Assembly: GCF_018350175.1 (NCBI RefSeq) | Contig: NC_058368.1 | Coordinates: 372,001-436,000, forward strand | Length of the DNA stretch: 64,000 nucleotides | Direction: 5' to 3' | Source of the DNA: Felis catus | Lineage: Eukaryota | Shown: positions 1 to 12,000 of the stretch, piece by piece | Layout of the letters: each line of letters begins with the position of its first letter | Position numbering within the stretch: the stretch's first letter is position 1 | Position numbers and translations under genes: made by a program | Notes under the pieces: generated by a model | Told to the model about the DNA's origin: nothing | Database searches by the model: none | The model's input: the letters and a program-made list of their open reading frames with translations, nothing else

Positions 1-3000
1 GCGAAATAGATAAAGGGTAATATTGAGAGATTCAAATTTTCAGTTATAAAATAAAAAAGTCACAGGGTGTCTGGGTGGCTCATTTCATGACCAACTCTTG
101 ATTTCGGCTCAGGCCACGATCTCACAGTTGTGAAATCGAGCCCTGCATCAGGCTTTGCACTGGGCACGGAGCCTGCTTGGGATTCTCTCTCTCCCTCTTT
201 CTCTGCCCCTCCCCTGCTCATGCTCTGTCTCTCAGAATAAATAAAAAATTTTTTTAATAAAAATAAAATGAAATAAAATAAAATAAAATAAAATAAAATA
301 AAATAAAATAAATAAGTCACGGAAATAAAAAGTGTAGTATAGGGAATATACTAATAATATTGTAGTAACACTGTATGGTGACAGATAGTGACTACACTTA
401 TCATGGTGAGCAGTGAGTAATATATAGTAATCTATTACTGAATCAATATGTTGTATACCTGAAACTAATATACACTGTATGTTAATTATACTTCAAGTTT
501 TTTAAAAGGCACCCTGACACTCCATAAACCATGATGTCTAATTATAATATCTTAAAATTAGAAATCAATAATAAATATGGTTTTTAAAAACACATATATA
601 TATAAATTTAAAAGCACACTTCTAAATATCATTGGCCCAACAGAAAGACATAATGAAAGCTTTGAAATATTTCTAACTTGACAGAAAGAACTGCATTTTA
701 AAAACTTGTGGAAAACCCTCAACACAGGATGTAAAGGAAATTTATACATTATATGCATTTATGTAAAAACATAAAAGATTCAAAATAAACACAATAAACT
801 AGGAAAAGGACAAGAGATCAAATGCAAAGACAGTAGTAGGAAAAAAGTAATATAGATAAGAATAAAAAGTAATGAAATAAAGGATGTAAAATTGATATAC
901 AATCAATCCAAGAAAAGTTGGTTCTTCACAAGGACCTATTAAAATAGACAAACTCCTTGCACGATTGATCAAAGAAAAAGAAAAAAGAAGTTACAAATAA
1001 GCAAATTTAGAATGAAAAGTGTGAGGTACCTACATATTTAGTAGAGTTTTAAAAATCATAAGAGAACACTATAATTGTTATATCAATAAATCTGGAAACT
1101 TCAGTGAAATAGAATAATTTCTAGTCAAGTATAACTTACCAAAATTAGCCAAAGAATAAATAGAAAGAATAGAAGAAAAATGGAAAAAAAATTGATTCGG
1201 TACTTAAAAATATCACACTTAAAAATAGTATCAGGGAATAAATGAATAAATGGGGAAAATAGATAAATCTTCCATACAGAAGACTTCCAAACAATTTATG
1301 TAGCTACTTCACCCTCAGGAAAATTAAGCATAACTCCTCACTCCTTAAGAGGGGTCTGAATATAGTGACTTTCTTTCAAAGAATACAGAATGGCTTGCAA
1401 GAGTGGGAGTGGGGAGAGTGGAGAAATCTAACAAGTACTACTGCAGCCAGGTGACAAAGGTCAATATCATTAGTGATAAGTCATACTTAAAGTATGTATC
1501 TTTGATTTGATATGATGAGAAGGGCAATTCACCTTTATGGTCTTCTTCCCCAGAACCCAAATATAATAAGAAAAACATCAAAGGGAACCTTCAGGCACTG
1601 TTGGTGGTAATGTAGACTGGTGCAGCCACTGTGGAAAACAGTATGGAGGTACCTCAAAAAATTAAAAATAGAACTACCATATGATCCAGAAATTCCATTT
1701 ATGGATATCTATTCAAAATAGATGAAAACACTAACTTGAAAAGGTACCTGCACCCTTATTCATAGCAGTATTATTTATAATAGCCATGATCTGGAAACAA
1801 CCTAAGTGTCCATCAATGGATGAATGAATAAAGAAAATGTAATATGCATGTGTGTATACATACGCATACACACATATATAATGGAAAATTGTTTAACCAC
1901 AAAAAAAGAATAAAATCCCATTTATGACAACATTGGATGGACCTTGGGGTCACTATGCTAAGTGAAATAAGTGAGAGAAAGACACTTATACATGGAATCA
2001 TAAGCTGAGTGAAAAAGGTCAAAAGGTACAAACTTTCAGTTAAAAAATAAGTAAGTCCTTATTTTACACGGTAAATACACGTGTACAGAATGGTGAGTAT
2101 AATAATTAATATGGTATTATATGTTTGAAAGTCTCTCTCTGTGAGAGTAGATCTTAAATTGCTTGTCACAAGAAAAGTATTTTTTGTAACTGTGTGGTGA
2201 TGAAAGCTAACTATATATTGTGATGATCGTTTCACAATATATACATATAAAAACCACTGTTGTACACCTAAAATTAATATAAGGCTATATGTCAATTATA
2301 TCTCAATTTTTAAAATAAATAAGTAAATAAATAAGTAGATTTTTTTTAAAGAAAAATACCAGATAAATCCCAACTGAAGGACATTTTACAAAATACCTAA
2401 CCAGTATGCCTTGAAACTGCCAAGGCCATTAAAAACAAGAAAAGTCTGAGCAACTGTCACAGCCAAAAGGAGACAAAAGAGACCTGATAATTCAATGTAA
2501 TGTGGATTCCTGGGAAGGGACCCTGGAACAGTAAAAGAACATTAGGGGAAAACTAAGGAAATTCAAATAAAGTATGGACTTTAGTAAATAATAATGTATT
2601 AATATTGGTTCATTAAATCTAACAAACTTACCATACTAATATAAGACATTAATAATAATGCAAAGCGTATGTGTGGGGTGGTGGGTTATATGGGAACTCT
2701 CTGTACTACATTATATGCTAAATTTTCCTGTAAATCTAAAGTATCTAAAAAAAATTGTCTACTAACAAAGCCACATGATTGCATCATATAGATGCAGAAA
2801 AATAGTTAAAATTCATTAATTGTTCATTATTTGTTACTTTCTGTTCATTGAATTTGTGAATGAAGGAATGAATAAATAAAATAAATAAACAATTTTAACA
2901 GCTTGTGGCAAATGTGGAATAAATAAGAATTACCTTAATTTGATAAAGGGCATCTACTAAAAACATCAAACTTCATTGTGAAACATAAAAGTAGTCCATT

Positions 3001-3170
3001 TAAAGCCAGAGGCAATAATCTCACCAACCAATTCAACATTATACTGAAGGCTAACTCAATATAGTAAGAAAAGAAGGAAAAGATGTTAGGACTGGAAGTG
3101 AGTGGGGAAAAATAATTATTTGTAAATAATAAATTTTATCAAATAAATGGAAGTGAATCTACAGAGCAGC
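1..3170 (+). mobile_element. Cluster of nested old L1 fragments (3' ends and degenerate ORF2 pieces)
   Basis: L1 3'-end signatures, e.g. 1595-1830 'ctgttggtggtaatgtagactggtgcagccactgtggaaaacagtatggagg...aacctaagtgtccatcaatggatgaatgaataaag', plus A-rich ORF2-like segments at 540-1200 and 2770-3170; sub-boundaries approximate. Confidence 0.8.
64..305 (+). mobile_element. CanSINE (tRNA-derived) with (AAAAT)n tail
   Basis: gggtgtctgggtggctca head, (CT)n, A-rich tail; imperfect TSD aaaataaa[a/t]aagtcac. Confidence 0.9.
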
Positions 3171-4501
3171 TCTTAGAGCCTCACACCATCACCTGCCTCT
3201 GAGACGTGCGTCTCTGACAAAGGACCTCAAAGGAAATGGAAGCTGTTGTTCAGGTTCTTCTGTCCACTTTATGCATTTCTCAAACCGTCTCCTTCTACTG
3301 TTCTCCTCAACAGGATCCTCTGTGCATTTGTCCACTGTGAGATGAGAAGAGAATTTAACAGATCCGTTCCACAGCTCCCCTGAAGCTGGCGTGGGCAAGT
3401 TGGAGGCAAGTCAAATGTCACGGTGCACAGCACTAGGCAAGCAAGTAGTTCAACCTTGTACTTCTGAGACACCTCCTCACCAAGCCCCTAACACTTACCA
3501 CTTCAGAGTTAGGGTTGCCTGTCTTCCGTATCAAACCAACAGCAGTTTTGTCTCTCTAGGACGACAGAAAACTCCAGTAACAGAAGGGTCTCTCCCCAAA
3601 CACCTTGAATTACACAAGCCCTTCTGTACCACACAGACCCAACACTAAGGACAGTTGAAGTGACCCTTTTATAACAATACTGACTTTCTCCCACCCAGCA
3701 AGTGGATTTTGAAGTAGAAATTAATCTTAGTTATAGAAAAATAAAGTTCTATTTTTCACACTCCCAAGTTTGTGATCTGAGTCTCAGTCCCACTACATGT
3801 ACATCATTGATGCTCAAAAAATTTTAGGGGTCATGACTCTTAACCTAAGTCACGTACACCACAGCTTGGGTGATCTCCATAAATGACAGAAAATATCTTC
3901 CCCAGCAAGCTGTTAAGGTAATGATTTCTGAGAACGAGAATGGAAGAAAGGAAGCACAGAGGCCTTTATGTTTACTTTATACAATGCTACATCATTTTGT
4001 AATTAAAAAAAGAACTTCTTATCAATTATATCTCGACTTTGAGAAAAGAAAAAATAAAATAATGTTTATAGTACACCTAGCACATAGTAAGTTCTCAATA
4101 AATGAAGCTACCAATGAGAAGATCAATGTAAAACGATTCTTGGAAAACAACTGCTCATAAGCCATGAAATGATGTCCTTCCCCATGAGGATTTATCCTTA
4201 TTACTGTTGTTATTCTGCCCAATCTTTAAATAGAATATTTTGACTCACAGATCAAGCATTTAACCAAATAAATTACTGTAAATATTTAAAAAATTCTAAA
4301 TAACAGAACATAGTACACAAATTCAAATAAAATTTGATTCTTAAATGGGTGTTTCCAAAGATTACACATGTATGTCTTATTTTGTGAAAAATTAATTTTT
4401 CATACTGTGATTTCTAAAATTACTCCCTTACTAATTTCCAACTGTTTTCTATTATAAAGGGAGAGGGTACGTGAAATAATATGCCCTGAAAATTTTTGTC
4501 T

Positions 4502-4720
4502 GGGGCCGCCTGGGTGGCTCAGTCTGTTAAGCGTCCGACTTCCGCTCAGGTCATGATCTCACAGTTCGTGAGTTCGAGCCCCACGTCGGGCTCTGTGCTG
4601 ACAGCTCAGAGCCTGGAGCCTGCTTCACATTCTGTGTCTCCCTCTCTCTCTGCCCCTTCCCTGCTTATTCTCTGTCTCTCTCTGTCTCAAAAATAAATAA
4701 ACATTTAAAAAAATTTTTTT
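4502..4720 (+). mobile_element. CanSINE (SINEC_Fc-like)
   Basis: ggggccgcctgggtggctcagtc head and tail; flanking repeat aatttttgtct. Confidence 0.92.
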
Positions 4721-6629
4721 TTAATTTTTTGTCTGAAATTTTTTGTCTAAGGCTATTAGAATGCTGATAGTCATTGAAATCAAACAATTGAACACTACCT
4801 GATGATGCTAGTCACCTTTTAGTTCACATTTCCTGTGCCGCAGCAACTGAGCCTCTTTGTCTTCTATTGGTTTCCTGCTTCCTTCTGAACCACAGAATTT
4901 CCCGTAATCCCCAGCTTTATACCCACTGCTTCTATTGTCATGGCTCTGCCTTCCTTTGTTGCCTTGTAAGGCTGGACAATACTTCCACTTCTCACAGTCT
5001 GACACATGGCACTTTAGTTTTAAGGATGGAGGATATATAAATTATTTCCCTATTTTAGTAGGCCTAGCATTTTGTATATTATGTTTACTATAAAAAGGAT
5101 TACTCATACTATATATAACATCCGAAGATGTTGTATAAAGACCTTTCTTGGATTTCAAAGCTTTCCTTATACAGTCAGTCTCATCATAAGATGTATTTGT
5201 GAAGTGTGGATGGGAGAACATTTCTTATATCTAGTCAGTGCTGTTCTCAATCTCTGCCAGGCTTTAAAAAAAACTGCATTAAACACACACACATACACAC
5301 ATGAATCAATATTCCTCATTAGCAAATAGTTATTTGTTCAGCACTACCAAAATGACTAGGTAAGAGCCGGGGATTTTTTTTTCAGCTTTTACATTTTAGC
5401 AAATGCATCAGATAACTTAAAAGGTTATTCCACTAATTACCTGAGTCCCCAAAAGTTGTAAAAAAAAAATAGTGCAGATTCAATCACCTTCATATATTTG
5501 GCAAAATACGGAAAACTAAATTCATCATAAAACTAAATTCTTTTTTTTTAAGGGAGAATGATAATGTTAATCACCAAGTTATAAAGGTAACTAAAGAATT
5601 TTGAAATTCTAAATAAGTCCTCCAAGACCATATGGAAAAGGAACACTACTTAAACTGTGGCTTAGTTGTGTTTCACTTTAAAAGTTATGCCACAGGCTCC
5701 ATATATATTGGCTTGCACAAGGTTCCTTTCTATTCTCAATAACACAGAATCTTCTGCTGCTGCTGCTGTAACTGGCACTTCAAAAATAAAGAAAAGAATG
5801 TCTGCCCTTCCATCCTTCCTGGTTCCTTGCTCCCCAAATGAGAGGATTCTTGAGGAATCCTTTGCCCAATCACACATCTGGCTTTGAAGATGGAATTTCC
5901 AACCTACGTTATGATCTATATTTGCACAGACCTTATGAGAACAGGGATGAGAATTCTATTTTGAGATACAATGGTCTCATAAGGAAAGTACAAAGTTTAT
6001 TCCAAGTAAATATTTTGGGGAGTGTTCCGGCTATGCTTAAGCACAGGAGACTTATTAGTTTGGGAGGAGCTATTCTCCTCTGACCTGAGGATGAATTTTG
6101 TACCTCATTCCATACAAATTCACTTCTCCTGGAAGGAATTTTTAGACTTCCCCTTGTATCTCCCTGTCTCCCAAGTAAATGAATGTTCCAGGTTTCCAAG
6201 AAAAAAAATGCTACATATTTCCCAAGAGGCAGTGTTCTTACACTCCTCCTTCCCCTTGTCCTTGCATCTGCTGGCTGCTGTCCTCAATCCATCAAGTATT
6301 TAGACTGTGGGCACCGAAATTCCTGTGTGCCCATGAGACGGGAAGTGCAATTCTCAGGTCACCTTGGAATCCCTTTTTGCCACCTCTTCTTGGAACACTG
6401 CCTGTCAAATCCCCATGACCCCTCAGTGAGCCTCAGTGAGGCTACCTGCCTGCCTCCAGCTCACAGGTACCACCATTTTGAAGGTGAGCAGCAGGAAAAT
6501 GGATCCATCTCCCAAGAAGTTCTGGAGAAGCCTGTGCCATTCTTGGGCCGTGAAGAAGGGAAAGGGTTGAGCAAATAGTTTCTCAAATTTCAAAGGAAGA
6601 CTTCCTGTTTAAAAAAAAAAAAGGAAAAA

Positions 6630-6858
6630 AGAAAGTTTATTTATTTATTTTGAGAGAGAGAGAAAGAGTGCAAGCAGGGGTGGGGCGGGGGGGGGGGGTG
6701 GTGGGCAGAGAGAGAGAGAAAGAGAGAATCCCAAGCAGGCTCCATGCTATCAGCACAGAACCTGATGAGGAGCTTGATCTTATGAACCATGAAAAATACC
6801 CAAGCCGAAATCGAGAGTTAGATGCCCAACTGACTGAGCTATCCAGGCACCCCAGGCT
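6630..6858 (-). mobile_element. CanSINE (older, diverged)
   Basis: Reverse-complement SINE body (tttatttattttgagagagag...ccaggcacccc). Confidence 0.85.
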
Positions 6859-7069
6859 ACCTGCTCCCATCAGTTCTCATAAAATTTTCTCTGGCACTTT
6901 ACAGAGAATGTTCAATAAATTCCCCCTTCCCTTTTGCCCAGAGTCAGAAAAATGAAGAGGCTACATAGCAGAAATAACTCCAGGTTGCAGGCCTACATCT
7001 GGTCCTCTGCAGTATTGTGAAAGCCACTTATCCCCATTGAATTTCCACCTTCCCACCTTGTAGCAGCTC

Positions 7070-7446
7070 TATCAGTCTGAGTTCAACCAGAGAAACAAAA
7101 CCAGTAGGAGATAGATAGTGAGAGACTGATTACAGAGAATTGGCTTACAGAATTCTGGGGACTGGTGAGGTAGGTCTGAAGCCCTCAGGAAGTGGGGCTG
7201 GACCTCTGAACATGAGCTGAGGCTTCTGGAATTTCATCTTCAGGGAAGCTTCAGCTCTGCTATTCAGGCCTTCACCTTTTTGGATTGTGCCCATCCAGAT
7301 TCCAGTACAATCTCCCTTGCCTAAAGTCATCCAATTATAGACTCAAGTCGCATTTTCAAAATACTGCACAGTATCTAGGTGAGTGTTTGATCGACTAACT
7401 GGGGACTGTAGCCTCACCAAGTGGACACATCAAACTGACCTTCACA
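7070..7446 (-). mobile_element. MLT2-type (ERV-L) solo LTR
   Basis: Reverse complement starts tgtgaaggtcagtttgatgtgtccacttgg, resembling the MLT2 5' end; other end 'ttcaaccagagaaacaaaaccagtagga'. Confidence 0.75.
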
Positions 7447-7449
7447 TGA

Positions 7450-8626
7450 ATGTTTGTCCTTGCCAACCCCCAGCACCAGGGTTAGTAGAAAGAAAAAATG
7501 GAATATGAAAGCAGCAAATTAAATTGTTAACAAATAAAACCACCTAGGTTGCTGGACTGAAGTATTGTCCCAGGCTTTAATACATTCGGATGATCATCCA
7601 GTAGGGTCTATTGCCCCATGTGCTAGATTGAGGACCCCTGCTGAAGCACCCAATACCATAAAGGTATAGAAGTTGTGGGAACCAGCCATTTCCCTGACTC
7701 TCACTGTAGATCAACATGATATCCAGCTTAGAACACCAAACCCCATCACACCTGAAAAAGAAATTATCTTCAGGAATTTTCAGTGGGACCTCCTGCTGGG
7801 ATAGATGAGTTACTTTGTATCCCTTGGTGAGGGGTATCCATTATCCTGCTCCAAGCTGGACCTGCTAAAAGGTACTATACCTGGAATTAAACATGCACCA
7901 TCAAAACGGGAGAGGATAGGGGTCCTGCTCTGGAATGTCCCACCCCTAGTCCATCTCTTCATGCCTAAAAGTATTGCCTCTCCTTGCCAACACACATGGT
8001 ATATACAACCAGGTCAAGTTTCCAAAGTTGCCAACCTCTCTCTCCTCAAGACCAGGTGGGCACATTTTTCCCCACTGGTTTGATCATTTGGTCGCTATCT
8101 TTGTTCCCTCCATTGCCCTTGAGGATGTTATAGAACACATAAAAGTCATTACTAAATTCACCCAGCAAGACTTAAATGATAGCCAACAAAGTCTATCTTT
8201 ACCGAACACAGAAATGTCTTTGATAAGAAAAACTGTCCTCCAAAATAGGATGGCCTTACACATTATTACTGCCTTACAAGGATGCACCTGTTCCATTATC
8301 CAAACAGAATGTTGTGTGTTCATAGTTTAATGAATCTACTAGTGTATCATGTTTGTTAAATCATATGAAGACACAGGGACTCGATAAATCGATGGTTTGG
8401 ATCATAGGCTTTTATGGGAAAAGTTATCACTGGTTTTGGAATTCTTGTCTTAATCTGTATTTTCTCGTACATGTGCCCATGTTGCTGTGGCATCTGCCTC
8501 CAGTGCAGCCAGATAGCCACCAAAGGAGCCACCTCCATGTTAGTGAAACCCCTTGCTGATTTCTCAGGTCCACTATGGAAGAGGGGTGTGTGTAAGATTG
8601 TAAAGAGCCAGTCACAAGAAATAGAA
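7450..8626 (+). mobile_element. Degenerate ERV internal fragment: integrase C-terminal part, possible dUTPase-like remnant, env TM subunit
   Basis: PAPGLVERKNGI*KQQIK at ~7470-7525 (integrase G-x-x-E-R-x-N-G motif); ISD LQNRMALHIITA at 8238 and CX6CC (CSIIQTECC) at 8289-8315; TM anchor GILVLICIFSYMCPCCC; stops and frameshifts throughout. Confidence 0.88.
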
Positions 8627-9052
8627 TGTTGGGGGAGATCAGTGAAAAGACATAACTACCGGTTGACCTATGAGCTGAACCTGGGCACTCAGAGGTTCTT
8701 CACCACTGTTCTCCTTGGAATGTGGGTTGCATTTCCTTTCCTACTCCCAGAGGCCACTCCAAGGACCTCCCTTGAGATCATGATGTGATATTGAGAACAT
8801 CTGCATGGTATATGCATTGGCTAAACTTAATTAGGTCCACTTTATAACCTTTTAAGATTTGACAGGCAGAAGTGAGGACCCACTCATCTGGCTGCCATCC
8901 AAGACAAGCCTCATATGTAAGTTCCCTTTGTTTGTTAAAACCGCCACCTACCAACCTGGAGTAGTCTCCTCTTTATTTGGTCTCTCCCTGCTCTCTGCAT
9001 ACAAGGGGCCAGTTTCAGATTTTACCTGGGAAACTGCTTAAAAGGGTGGCAG
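8627..9052 (+). mobile_element. 3' LTR of the ERV (3' end cut off by L1)
   Basis: Starts TGTTGGGG after purine-rich aagaaatagaa; aligns along its length with the reverse complement of 15574-16007. Confidence 0.85.
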
Positions 9053-12000
9053 GTTTTTGTTTTCCGTTTGTTTTTTGTTTGTTTGTCTGTTTGTTTTCCT
9101 TTCCAGAGCTACTTCAATGAACAAATCAAAGCACACCTGGTGGAGGGTTCAAAACATCACTACGAGTAGGGAGATAAAGTAACCAAAGTCACAACAACAG
9201 AGAGAAAGTAGCATTCCAAAAAACCCCTCTTGAAGGGCCAGGCCCTGGACAGTGTATGACCCCTCTTTAATATAGTATAGTGCATGCTGGTGCAGAGCAC
9301 ATAACAAGCTTCTAAAACACTATGGGACAGAAAACTAGCTAAAATGATGAAATGGGAGAATTCTCCTCCAAAGAAATCCCAGGAAGAAATGACAGCTAAA
9401 GAAATGCTCAAAATAGATATAAACAATATAACTGAACAAGATTCAGAATAATAGTCATAAGATTAATTGCTGGGCTTGAACAAAGCATAGAAGACAGCAG
9501 AAAATCTATTGCTGCAGAGATCAAGGAACTAAAAAATAGTCAAAATGAATTTTAAAATGCTGTAAATGAGGTGCAAAATAAACTAGAGTCAGTGACAGTG
9601 AGAATTGAAGAGACAGAGGGGAGAATAGGTGAAATAGAAGATAAAATTATGGAGAAAAAGGAAGCTGAGAAAAAGAGAGATGAAAACAATTCTGGACCAT
9701 AAGCAGAGAATTAGAGAACTAAGTGATTCAATGAAACGGAAAAATATCTATATCATAGGAGTTCCAGAAGAAGCAGAGAGAGAGAGAGAGAAAAGGGCTG
9801 AAGGTGTGCTTGAACAAATCATAGCTTCACCAATCTGGGGAAGGAAACAGACATTGAAACCCAGGAGGCACAGAGAACTCCCTTCAGATGTACCTTGAAT
9901 CGATCTTCTATACAACATGTCATAGTGAAACTGGCAAAATACAAAGATAAAGAGAGAATTCTGAAAGCAACCAGGGATACACGTGCCTTAACCTACAAGG
10001 GTAGACACATAAGGGTAGTAGCAGTCCTATCTACTGAAATTTGGCAGGCCAGAAAGGAGTGATGGGAAATTTTCAATGTGATGAATAGGAAAAATATGCA
10101 GCCAAGAAGCCTTCTTCCAGCAAGTCTGTCATTCAGAATAGAAGGAGAGATAAAGGTTTTCCCAAACAAAAACTGAAGGAATTCATCACCACTAAATCAG
10201 CCCTACAGGAGATCCTAAGGAGGACTCTGAGTGTTGCAAAGACCTCAAAGTACCAGAGACATCACTACAAGCATGAAACCTATAGATAACACAATGACTC
10301 TAAACCCATACCTTTCCATAATAACACTGAATGTAAAATGGACTAAATACTCCAACCAAAAGACATAGGGTGTCAGAATGGATCAAAAAACAAGACCCAT
10401 CTATTTGCTGTCGACAAAGGACCCATTTTAGACCTGAGGACACCTTCAGATTGAAAGTGAGGGGATGGAGAACCATCTATCATGCTACTAGAAGTCAGAA
10501 GAAAGCTAGAGTAGCCATACTTATATCAGACAAACTAGATTTTAAACTAAAGGCCACAACAAGAGATGAAGAAGGGCATTATATAATAATTACAGGGTCT
10601 ATACATCAAGAAGAGCTAACAATTATAAACGTTTATGCACCGAATTCAGAAGCACCCAAATATATAAAACAACTAATCACAAACATAAGCAATCTATTGG
10701 TAGGAATGTAGAAATTGCAGGGGACTTTAATACTCCACTTACAACAATGGACAGATCATCAAGACAGAAAATCAATAAAGAAATAATGGCCCCGAATGAT
10801 ATACTGGACCAGATGGACTTGACAGATATATTTAAAACTTTTCACCCTAAAGCAGCAGAATATACATTCTTCTCGAGTGCATATGGAACATTCTCCAAGA
10901 TAGATCATACTGGGTCACAAAACAGCCCTCAATAAGTACAAAAGAATTGAGATCATACCATGCACACTTTAAGATCACAATGCTATGAAACTTGAAATCA
11001 ACTATAGGAAATAAATGGACATTAAAGAACACCCTACTAAAGAACAAATGGGTCAACCAGGTGATTTAAGAAGAAATTTAAAAAATATATGGAAACAAAT
11101 GAAAATGAAAACACAACAACCCAAACCCTTTGAGATGCAGCAAAGGTAGTTCTAAAAGTAAAATACACTGCAATCCAGGCCCATCTCAATAAACAAGAAT
11201 AATCCCAAATACAAAATCTAACAGTACGCCTAAAGGAACTAGAAGCAGAACAACAAAGCAATCCCAAGCCCAGCAGAAGAAGAGAAATAATAAAGAACAG
11301 AGCAGAAATAAACAATATAAAATAAAAAAAAAAGTAGAACAGATCAATGAAACTAAGAGTTGGTTTTGTGAAAAAATAAACAAAATTGTTAAACCTCTAG
11401 CCACACTTCTCAAAAAGAAAAGAGAGGGAACCCAAATAGATAACATCATGAGTGAAAAAGGATTTATCACAACCAATCCCTCAGAAATACAAGCAACTAT
11501 CAGAGAATACTATGAAAAATTATATGCCAACAAATTTGACAGCCTGGAAGGAATGGACAAATTCCTAGACACCCACATACTACCAAAACTCAAGCAGGAA
11601 GAAATAGAAAATTTTAACAGACCCATAACTAGTGAAGAAATTAAGTCAGTTATCAAAAATCTCCCAGCAAATAAGAGTCCTGGACCAGATGGCTTCCCTG
11701 GGGAATTCTACCAGACATTTAAAGCAGAGTTAATACCTATCCTTCTCAAGCTGTTCCAAAAAATAGAAATGGAAGGAACACTTCCAGACTCATCTTACAA
11801 AGCCAGCATAACCTTGATTCCTAAGCCAGACAGAGACCCTACAGAAAAAGAACTACAGGCCAATATCCCTGATGAACATGGATGCAAAAATTTTCAACAA
11901 GCAAATCAAATTCAACAGCATATAAAAAGAATTATTCATCATGATCAAGTGGGATTCATTCCTGGGCTGCAGGGCTGGTGCAATATTTGCAAAATAATCG

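Noticed and set aside
4496..4696. Recurrent ORFs like MAQSVKRPTSAQVMIS... throughout the window, and tRNA-like heads
   Set aside because: These are translations of CanSINE bodies; the A/B-box heads are SINE-derived, not tRNA genes.
5843..5984. Short inverted repeats (aggattc/gaatcct; ccttatgaga/tctcataagg)
   Set aside because: Arms of 7-10 bp are expected by chance in 64 kb, and there is no TSD or extended stem.
7974..8330. env ORF as a captured syncytin-like gene
   Set aside because: It is only a 118-aa piece with no signal peptide, most of SU is missing, a stop follows CX6CC directly, and the TM anchor is in a separate ORF.
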